In this document: positions 55,150 through 64,000 of the stretch, in pieces | How the letters are laid out: every line of letters starts with the position of its first letter | Numbering within the stretch: position 1 is the first letter of the stretch | Origin: Macrostomum lignano | Lineage: Eukaryota | Direction of reading: 5' to 3' | Length of the DNA stretch: 64,000 bases | Assembly (NCBI GenBank): GCA_002269645.1 | Contig: NIVC01003616.1 | Span: forward strand, 23,490-87,489 | Position numbers and translations under genes: made by a program | Notes under the pieces: generated by a model | Seen by the model: the letters and a program-made list of their open reading frames with translations, nothing else | Told to the model about the DNA's origin: nothing | Databases searched by the model: none

Positions 55150-55276
55150 ATAGACACAATGCACCGAGGACAGAGAGAAAAATGGCCATTCATCGAATAA
55201 AAAGCGTCCATTGTGCTCCAGCGGAGCAGGCCATTTGTGCCATCGGGCACAGCCCGCGAACCATAGGTTCATTTTT
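55150..55276. other. GC-richer structured non-coding segment with three tandem perfect hairpins followed by T5
   Basis: TGCTCC-agc-GGAGCA (55214-55228), TGTGCC-atcg-GGCACA (55236-55251), GAACC-ata-GGTTC (55258-55270). Confidence 0.5.
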
Positions 55277-55431
55277 GGATAGAGAATCTTTTGTGTTTGC
55301 GTCTTCTTTATTTTCTATACAAAAAAGAGTAAAAAAGAGCTATAAAATAAAATCGCTCGAGATGCTTGCACACTACCCTTTTCTTTAGTGTCTGCAACTT
55401 AATTTTTCTGTTACTAAAAAAAGAACAAAAA

Positions 55432-55842
55432 ATGACACACGTTACACATATGCAAAATCTGAACGAATTGCAGGTAGGAGACCCAGTTGAATACCGAGGT
55501 GAGGGTCTTTTTGATGTGGTTGGTACAGCAGCGAATTTCGTTAAAGACAATATGGGTCTTATAGGCCAAGCAGGCTCTGCAGCAGGTTCTATAACAAACG
55601 CTGTAAAGGGCGGAATCGAAGCAGCGAGGGCAGTAGAAGAACTAAAGAAATTGAGAGAATTTAACGACACCCTCTCACAAATAAAAGCAATAAAAGATTT
55701 GAAACTAGCGCAGGAAACAACTCAAGCCGCACAACCAACAGAAACCCCCACGAAAAGCACACCAATAAGTAATAAAGATATTCAGGATTTTAATAAAATG
55801 TTAACCACAATTAAAGGCGGAAAAGGATTAAAGAAATTTTAA
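55432..55842 (+). CDS. Virion core/membrane-lytic protein candidate (adenovirus pVI-like amphipathic helix)
   Basis: 136 aa; YRGEG then LFDVVGTAANFVKDN amphipathic helix; VKGG and IKGGKG resemble adenain cleavage sites. Confidence 0.6.
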   Translation: MTHVTHMQNLNELQVGDPVEYRGEGLFDVVGTAANFVKDNMGLIGQAGSAAGSITNAVKGGIEAARAVEELKKLREFNDTLSQIKAIKDLKLAQETTQAAQPTETPTKSTPISNKDIQDFNKMLTTIKGGKGLKKF

Positions 55843-55852
55843 CAATATAAAA

Positions 55853-56812
55853 ATGGACTCAGTTAATGACGAAAAACGGCTATATTTTATAGGAGAAATT
55901 GTAGATACTTTAAATCTAGACGATAATAAACATAGTCACGCAATGTTAAAAAGATTGGATCGCTTAGGCAAAAAATTTGACTACGACATCAATACATTTA
56001 AACTTGCTGCGAAATATGCACAAGAAGGAAGACCAATATCCTTTAAGAATCATGGTAGAAATTATAGGCTGACAGACTCCGATGTAAAATTTTTATTGGA
56101 GACTCACACTAAAAAGGACGGCGGGTTGTTACCCATTTTACCAATTCTTTTAGGACTTGGGGCAGCTGGAGCAGCTGGTTTAGCAGGAAAAAGAATTCAT
56201 GATAACATAAAACAGTTAGGAGAATTAAAAGCAAAAGAAGGGGGTATATTACCCCTCGCAACTTTGCTCCCAATAATTTTTGCAGGAATTGGAGCAGCTG
56301 GAGGAGTCGCTGGAGGAGCGGCTGGAATTGCAAAAGCAGTAAATGACAAAAAAGCCGCGGATGAAAAAGCCAAAAGAGAGGCCGAATTTCAAAGACAGCA
56401 AATAACACAGGACGCACAATTCAAACAAAAACTTATAGATACCATTAATAGTAGTTCAGCAACAGCAGAGCAAAAAAGAAATGCAGAAGCTAAATTAGCA
56501 GCTGGAAAAGGTTTAATTTTAAAAGGAACAACCCAAGGAAGTGGAGTTGTCGCAGATAAACTACATGAATTTGGCCAAACTTTAGAAAAAACGGGTGAGA
56601 AAGCTAAAGGATTTTTTGACAATATTGGATCCAATTTTAGACCAGCTGTTCAGAAAATTTTTAATAAATTAGGAAAAGATTTTAACATCATTGAAAAACA
56701 CGACGGAAGCGGATTATATCTCGAAATGCGACCAAAAGCAGGTTCAGGAATTTTCTTAAATTCAAACGTTATGGGAAATGGATTGCTATTACCAAAAGCA
56801 GATCTCGAATAG
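55853..56812 (+). CDS. Adenovirus pX(mu)-like core polyprotein with repeated Gly-flanked cleavage motifs
   Basis: GGILPLATLLPIIFAGIGAAGGVAGGAAGIAKAV closely resembles the adenovirus pX C-terminus. A second GGLLPILPILLGLGAAG segment and repeated GxG-hydrophobic motifs are present. Confidence 0.7.
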   Translation: MDSVNDEKRLYFIGEIVDTLNLDDNKHSHAMLKRLDRLGKKFDYDINTFKLAAKYAQEGRPISFKNHGRNYRLTDSDVKFLLETHTKKDGGLLPILPILLGLGAAGAAGLAGKRIHDNIKQLGELKAKEGGILPLATLLPIIFAGIGAAGGVAGGAAGIAKAVNDKKAADEKAKREAEFQRQQITQDAQFKQKLIDTINSSSATAEQKRNAEAKLAAGKGLILKGTTQGSGVVADKLHEFGQTLEKTGEKAKGFFDNIGSNFRPAVQKIFNKLGKDFNIIEKHDGSGLYLEMRPKAGSGIFLNSNVMGNGLLLPKADLE

Positions 56813-56896
56813 GCTCCTGGGGGGAGGGTCTGGACACCAAAAACACAAAATTAAAAAATCAATAATTCAAACATTATATAAATTTTATTCTATAAA

Positions 56897-59800
56897 ATGG
56901 AAGCAATTTTAGCTCAAATCGACAACCCTGAACTTAGAGCACAATTAATAGCTCAAATCGATGCACAACGAATTGCCGATAGGGCTGAAATAGAAGCAAG
57001 AATTAGGGCAGAAAATGAGATACGTTTAGAAAGACAATTAAATGATATTAATAACCCCCAACCACAAGGACAAAATGGAGCTGAAGTAATATATATAGAT
57101 ATAGATATAAATACAAATTATAAAGAATATTTTAAACAAATGAAAGATAAATTAAAGACTATATTAAACAATTATACTATAAGGCCAAATAACAAACGAC
57201 AGCCAATTAAGTATAAAATAGAAGTTGAAACAGAATTTAAAAAACCAAATATTCTTAATGCAAATTCAGAAATTGAAGTAATAAATAACTTTTCACAAGA
57301 ATCATATAAAACATTATTATCAATGGGAAATTACAACAATCAATTCGATCAAATAGAAGCTGAGTTTGATGAATGGATAGATAAGATGACAGAAAACGGA
57401 TCTGGGTTTATATTTGTATCCTGTAATTCAGCAATAGTAAAGATTGCACCTATAGAAATTCTTAAAGGACGATCACATATGAAGCTCAAATTTAAATCAC
57501 CTATGATTATAAATCCAGACAATAAAGATAATAAATGTTTATTATGGTGTTTATTAATTCATAAATATCACAATCAAGTAGAATCACACATTAATAAAAT
57601 ATATAATTATAGACAATATGAGGATGAAATAATAATGAAAAACATATCATACCCAGTAGCAATAGATGATATATATAAGATTGAAAAAATGAATGGTTTA
57701 AATATTAATGTGTTTACAATTGAAGAACCAAAAGATCTAGAAGAAATTTTAACCGATCCAGAATGGTATAAGAAAAGGTGTTATCTTGTTAAGCCAGCAA
57801 CTGATATAACAGCACCAGATCAAATCGATCTTTTGTACATGCAGCGCGAAAATGAAACACATTATATATACATAAAAGATATTAGTTCTTTTTAAGAGAA
57901 AATAGAAATAGATATCCACTATGTAGAAATTGTTTTACATTTAAAAAGGATGAAACAGCTCTTAAAAACCACCAACGATTTTGTTTAGATCACAAATTTA
58001 CTAATGCTATAATGCCAGCATCTGAAGATGCAACCCTAAAGTTCCAACAACATTATATGGCAGTTAAAAAACCAATAGTAATATATGCTGATTTTGAAGC
58101 AACAAATGTTCCCTTAAAAGAATCACAGACGGTATCTGATGACGGTGATCGTGCAAAGCACGCGACCCTACGGGACGAATGCACAAAAAAATTGGCACAA
58201 CAGTTTCCGAATAGTTATTGTATATATGTACACTCTGTAGCTGATCATATATTTAAATCAAGGATGATTACTTACCACGGTAATGATGCAGCTAAGCACA
58301 TGGCAGAATCATTAGTAAATGTATTTGAATATATTCAAAATCAATATGATAAATTATCAAAAAATATTAATATGACAAATAAGGATAGAGACAATTATAA
58401 AAATGCAACAAATTGTTTTATGTGCAAAAGACATTTAAGTAAGAATAATAAGATACGAGAACATTGTCATCTAACGGAATTATCGAGGGGCAGCATGTAG
58501 ATCATGTAACGCAAAAGAAGGAAAAGGATGTAAGGAAATACCAGTATTTTTTCATAATGGTTCCGGATATGATTTTCATTTCTTAGTTCGAGAATTGCTT
58601 CATTTAGGAAAGGATGAATATGAAATAAATATATTACCTAAAACATCAGAAAATTACATATCAATAACATATGGTAAGAAATACTCCCATCTAGTTTTTC
58701 TAGATTCCTTGAGATTCTTATCAACATCTTTAGCAAATGTTGTTTCATCATTAGTTCCAAAACCATGGGATTTAGAAATAGTAAAGAAAAACTTTCCAAT
58801 CTATTGAATCGTTTCAAAAAAGAAAAACTATCCGAGGAAGAACTAATGCTATTAACTCGTAAGGGCATCTATCCATATGAATATGTAACATCTGAAGACG
58901 TATTTTCTCATACCGAATTACCCCCAATTGATAAGTTTTATTCCACATTATCACAAACAAATATAAGTGAATCGGATTATGAACACGCTCAAAAAGTATG
59001 GAAATATTTTAATTGTAAAACATTTAAAGATTATCATAATCTATATCTTAAAGCAGATGTTCTCCTATTAGCTGATGCATTTGAAAACTTTAGGAATCAT
59101 ACATATGAGAATTTTAAAATTGATCCCGCATATTGTTTCAGTGCACCGGGATTAACATGGGCTTGTGGTTTGAAATACACAGATGTTAAGATTGATTTAC
59201 TAACTGATCATGATATGTTGTTAATGATTGAGAGAGGAATTCGCGGTGGATTCTCGGGTGTACTAGGAGATAGATATACTAAAGTAAATAATAAATATCT
59301 ACCAAATTATAATAAAAAAGAAAAATCATCATATGTATTATATCTAGATGCAAACAATTTATACGGTGGTTGTATGAAACAAAAATTACCAATAGCTGAT
59401 TTCCAATGGGAAGATGACCCCGATTATTACAAAAATATTCCCGAAGGAAGGGGCTGTATTGTAGAGTGGATTTGCAATATACTCGGGAAGCAAAAGCAAA
59501 AACATATAAATATCCTTTAGCTCCAGAGCATTGTTCAGTTAATGAAGATGATTTATCACAAACACAAAAAGATTATCTTAAAGTAGATAATGCAAAACAT
59601 CTAGCAACAAAAAAATTAATATTAAATTTACATGATAAGAAAAACTATGTAGTGCATTATAAGCTTCTACAATTTTATGAAAAGCAGGGATTAAAAGTGT
59701 CTAAAGTACATCGAACAATATCGTTTATTGAGGAAGATTGGTTAGCTAAATATATTGACTTTAATTCAAATCAGAGACAGATGTCAAAAACAAATTTTGA

Positions 59801-60886
59801 GAAAGATTATTGGAAATTAATGAATAATGCTTTTTATGGAAAAACGGTTGAAAATATTAGAGATAGAACCCAATTCCATTTAGAAAAGGATATTGATAAA
59901 GCAAAGAAATATTTCTCAAAACCTAACTTTAAAGACTTTATAAAATTTGATGATAACTTTATGGGTATTCATATGAGAAATAAAACAACAAAATTTCTTA
60001 AACCAATATTTATTGGAATGGTTGTTTTAGATTTGCAAAGCTAGTAATGTATGAATACTATTATGATGTTATAAATAAAACATGGCCAGATAACTATCCA
60101 ATATATGCAGACACCGACAGTTTGGTATTTAAGGTTGAAACAGATGACCGGACGGAGTCCGCGAACCAAAGGTTCGATGTCTATAAAGATATGGAAAAAA
60201 TTAAGGATACATTGGATACCTCCGACTATCCGGATAACCATCCTTTAAAATCAGATCAAAATAAAAAAGTTGTACTTAAAATGAAAGATGAATTAAATAG
60301 CAAAATCATAACCGAGTTTATAGCAATAAGATCAAAATGCTATGCATTTAAGGTTTTAGGACAGGAGGGAGAGGTAAAAAAAATAAAAGGGGTATCAAGA
60401 GCAGCAGTAAAAAAGATAACATTTGATGATTATAAAAACGTACTTTTAGATTACCTTAATACAATTGAAAATTATCATGCTCCACAATATCGATTAAATT
60501 CAGATAAGCATCAGATGTTTGTCATCGAGACAGATAAAAAAACATTAAGTCCATTTGATGATAAAAGATATTTAGATGATAAAATTAAAACATATCCATA
60601 TGGTTTAAAAGAAGAGATAAAAAATATGATAAAAGATAAAAAACAAAAAGAAGATATAATAAGTAAATATAATGAATACAAAGCGGCAATAAATAATTAT
60701 TATTACGATTGTGATTGTGAATCCGAATGTGATTGTGAATATAATACATTTCTAGAATATGAAAAAGATATAGATAATTATTATTCAACATTTCCAAAAG
60801 AACTTAAAAAATTAAATAAGGAAAAAGTCTTGAATAACTGGAAGAGATTAACAGAAAAATTACTTATCGGGTCTGTAAAAAACTAA
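56897..60886 (+). pseudogene. Protein-primed family B DNA polymerase (pPolB), split by 5 frameshifts in this assembly
   Basis: N-terminal ENGSG / NPDNKDNKC / HYIYIKD region, C2H2 finger, IYADFE (Exo I), EndoVII-like EHCH..RG..C..CN, FHNGSGYD (Exo II), YLDANNLYG, KLMNNAFYGK, YADTDS and PFDDKRY. Confidence 0.95.
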
Positions 60887-61219
60887 AGCATGTAATTGTT
60901 TGAGCAAATCATTAACTTCAATTTCATATATTATTGAGCACCAATTATCCTCACAGTCGGCAGGGTAACTTAAACAATCCTTTATTTTTTTCCTAAGTTT
61001 TTTTATTTTTCTAACCAATCTATCTATTTCAATTTCAATTACTATTTCAGCATAAACAATATCTTGTCTTAAAAAACGTTTTCTTTTATCTATCTCATAT
61101 CGGATGGGAAACATATCGTCCCCATACTCATGATATTTCTGAGATATAATTATATTTATTTTTTTATTAATATCATTAAGTTCACGCTCTTTAGTGATAA
61201 GGATTTTTATCGTATCCAT
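60860..61219 (-). CDS. Hypothetical coiled-coil protein of the element (119 aa)
   Basis: Intact ORF with an A-rich start context, convergent with and overlapping the pPolB end. Confidence 0.55.
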   Translation of the reverse strand: MDTIKILITKERELNDINKKINIIISQKYHEYGDDMFPIRYEIDKRKRFLRQDIVYAEIVIEIEIDRLVRKIKKLRKKIKDCLSYPADCEDNWCSIIYEIEVNDLLKQLHALVFYRPDK

Positions 61220-61234
61220 TTTCTTATAAAAAAT

Positions 61235-61566
61235 TTAGTCTTCGTCGTCATCCTCCCAAACAGCCGCCAATTTTACAGTCCTATCACTCTTTTATTATTT
61301 GTTTGTTTTAGTTTAAATTGCAATCCACCCTCGTTGCAGTATTTCATAACAAACGCTTTAGGTTTATTAATAACTAAAACAGGAAAATTTTTAACATCAT
61401 CTCCGCTTAGACATAAAATTTTTTGCCCATCTAATTGTAAAAATATTGATTGAAGCCCAATAAATTTAACCTGTCTCAAACATACAATATTATATTCTTT
61501 ATTCTCCAACATATTGGGTGTGAGATAATTAATCACATTAGAATCGGTTTTGAACCAGCTCTCCAT
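61235..61566 (-). CDS. Small beta-rich protein, possibly ssDNA-binding; acidic tail after a 1-nt frameshift
   Basis: 97-aa ORF; adding 1 nt near 61275 extends it to KLAAVWEDDDED-stop (61237-61235). Confidence 0.45.
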
Positions 61567-61592
61567 TTTTAATCTAAAAAAATAATAAAAAA

Positions 61593-62053
61593 ATGAAAGA
61601 CATTTATGTTTGTAATAAATGTAATGTGACTATGCACAGAGGGCAAACAGCAAACGGAGATATATATCATATGTGTTATTCATGTTCTAAAATATATCAA
61701 TTTGAAAAAACAAAAAAGATTGAAAACTCATATTACTATTTTAAAAAACAATTTTAAGAAATCTTACAAGAGACATTTCTGATCCAATTTTAATTCCCGG
61801 AAATAATGTTTATTTATATAATAACTTTTTCCATTTAAATAAAGGAAAGGGATTAAGTTCGAAAGACTCCGAAAGGATTTTAATTTTAGTTGGATATTAT
61901 TTCAATTTTCTTATTCGAGAGAATACAAAGTTTATAAGGATAGGTAACATACCTAACGAAATGTTACTGAAAAAGTCATTGGAATTTTTATGTATTGATA
62001 AAAAATTTAAACCTAGATCAGAAGAGAGTTACCACTTTGGGAAGAATATATAA
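61593..62053 (+). CDS. Zn-ribbon protein (CxxC-x17-CxxC), below the track cut-off; about 153 aa if one A is restored at about 61745
   Basis: MKDIYVCNKC...HMCYSC to TAA at 61757; the -1 frame stays open to TAA at 62053. Confidence 0.55.
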
Positions 62054-62070
62054 CATATGCATTAGAAAAA

Positions 62071-62726
62071 CTAAACAACCTGAAGTTCTACCGCACTTCC
62101 TGACCGCGGGCTTTGTGCCCCAGTAGCAATAGTTTCAGGTTCGTAAATGCCTAATGTTTCTATCGGTGGAGCTTTGGGTTTATCGAGTCTCAACTCTTTT
62201 AATTCCATATCGGTAAAAGTTTCAACATCTAAAATTCTATTTCTATCTTTTAAATATTTTTCATATAATTCAACCGCGGTTGATAATTCATGAATCGTTA
62301 TCTCTCCGTCATCCAATATTTTTTGCACATATAAATATAATTGATTTTTATATTGCTTGGCAACATCTCTTAATGATTTATATTTTTCCTTTCTTTTTTT
62401 AAGATATAATTTAATTGCTAAAAGTATTGATAAGTTCTGATCAATTCAAAACCTGATATTGAGCCAATTGAAATACCTAAAAATAATTGAGATAAATTAA
62501 GAGTTGGAATAGATTGTAAAATACCTAAAACGATTACACATAACATTGATAAGCTTCCAAATCCAATATTGAAAAAGTCCATATTTCTTATATGGTTTGA
62601 AATTCTTCTTACTTTTTTAGTATATAAACCATAATCATAATTTATTCGATCAACATTACTTAACATCTGACCTTTACGTTGGTTGAACCGGTCGCGTTCC
62701 CATTTATCTGCTTCAGATACCGACAT
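62071..62726 (-). CDS. Two-TM protein of a type common in Polintons, split by one -1 frameshift at about 62420
   Basis: Two hydrophobic segments, then a basic stretch and LDDGEITIHELSTAVELYEKY in the -1 frame. Family recognition is from memory only. Confidence 0.55.
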
Positions 62727-63035
62727 TCTCGTCTATTTTTAATAGCACCAAAATGAATTCCCCACGCTCTTTGGGGATTTGTCCCGAGCTCAATAGGTAT
62801 TGTATTGGAGTTATTCTTTCTTTTTCTCCCATTTAAATCCTATTTTCCAAAACTCTTGAAGTATAATATGATTTTTTAATAACTTAATTAATTCTTGAAG
62901 CTTCTTATTATCCTGAACATTTACAGTACTAAATAAAAATTTGGTATGAGATTTGAATGTTTTTATATTTGATTCTTGTTTAGGAATAGGAATAATAACA
63001 TTATTTTGCCATCGATGGGTTCTACTAAAAGCCAT
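62713..63035 (-). CDS. Hypothetical protein (74 aa; about 107 aa if one A is restored)
   Basis: ORF 63035-62811; the -1 frame is open to TGA at 62715-62713. Confidence 0.4.
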
Positions 63036-63085
63036 TTTATATATAAATATTTAAGGTATCGACTTTCGCGACTTAGGCTTTAGCC

Positions 63086-64000
63086 TTAGGCGATTTCGGT
63101 TTGTGGCCGTTCCAAATATGCGGTCGCAGCAAAATCATATCCTGCTGATGTGCTACCACAAACGGCTGCACACGAATAAAATGTGCGCATCGCTCCTCCA
63201 GTTCGAGCACCAAAACCCATAAGAGTTCCCGTTTTATCTAAATCTCCCCAAGTTCCACTATCATATGTAAAAAAGTTTTGCCCAATTAGCGTATATGTAT
63301 TAGCTGATACATTGTATGTGCTTATTTGATACCAAACTCTTTGATTTAAAATATTAATTTCAAAAAGATGCAATCGCCGTTATCAATATTAGCATAGGTT
63401 ATAGTTTGATCTGCGTCATTAAGAACATCATTACGAGCTGTTGCACCGTCTGATTTTATATTGCTCCAACAACCCCAACTCTATCATGCCATTCACTCGC
63501 AAACACAATCAAGCCGGCGCGGGTTGTTAACCCGGATCCAAATTCACTTGTTGGACGTTCGTGACAATATGCACATAAAACCAAACGTCAGCCACCACTT
63601 CCTGTAGCATTAGCAACTCGGAAATAGAAGGAGGCGGAGATATTACGAAAATGGGTGAAATTAAATTGTACGCTCCAGACCGACCGATGCTTCATCAGTA
63701 ATTCTAGCACCATTTTGATAATCTATATAAGAAGCATCTCCAACAAAACTTCCTGTTGGAAAAATATCGCCGGCGTGGTTGGGTTTTGATACCAGTCCAA
63801 TTGCAAATTACGGCTCGTACAAAGCGCATCGATTGCAGGTATTCCATCCAATTTTATTTTATCATTAAAAGACATTCGCCATCCGCCGTTTGTGTTACTC
63901 GCGTGTCAACATAACCTTTAGTAACAACAGAACTGTTATCGTTTATATTAGAGACATTGGTGATCGTATTGGAACCCATATCAATTGATTGATTAACAAA
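63086..64000 (-). pseudogene. Fibre/receptor-binding-like gene with a ConA-like (L-type lectin/LamG) C-terminal domain, multiply frameshifted, 5' part outside the window
   Basis: Shaft-like IDMGSNTITNV...VVTKGYVD, then ASFYFRV..GSG(G)ADVWF, NGD(W)HLFEINI and MGFGARTGG across several frames. Confidence 0.6.

Larger units (their letters stand above)
53357..64000. mobile_element. Polinton/Maverick (adintovirus-like) endogenous virus, left part; runs off the window
   Basis: AGTAGT terminus, AT-rich densely packed ORFs, protein-primed PolB, adenovirus-like core proteins and a fibre-like gene. Integrase, capsids, ATPase and protease were not seen in the window. Confidence 0.9.

Noticed and set aside
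56897-60886. Programmed ribosomal frameshifting or introns explaining the split pPolB
   Set aside because: There are too many breaks, they occur in neighbouring genes too, no consistent slippery site or GT-AG gaps were seen, and 1-nt repairs restore conserved motifs.

Overview
Animal (metazoan) nuclear DNA. GC-rich, homopolymer-tract-rich exons and introns filled with minisatellites suggest a Macrostomum-like flatworm, but that is inference only. Six spliced host genes were rebuilt by hand with phase-consistent GT-AG junctions: IFRD1/2 (+), CaMKI (-), RPL4 (+), WDR37 (-), a mitochondrial acyl-CoA dehydrogenase (-) and an unidentified helical-repeat gene (-). By eye, 17 of 19 introns carry their own tandem array, including a 7.4-kb (TATC)n. 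Three mobile elements are present. (1) A 297-bp hAT-type MITE with an 8-bp TSD. (2) A 5'-truncated LINE with an intact APE-RT-RNaseH-CCHC ORF2, flanked by a 1,362-bp near-perfect direct repeat (apparent giant TSD). (3) From 53357 to the window end, the left part of a Polinton/Maverick-type endogenous virus. It has an AGTAGT end folded into a 268-bp palindrome, a probably spliced HTH gene, a pair of inverted loxP-like 13-8-13 sites, adenovirus pVI/pX-like core proteins, a protein-primed PolB and a lectin-tipped fibre-like gene. Its right-hand ORFs are broken almost only by -1 frameshifts. Array boundaries are approximate. All family assignments come from motif recognition, not database searches.
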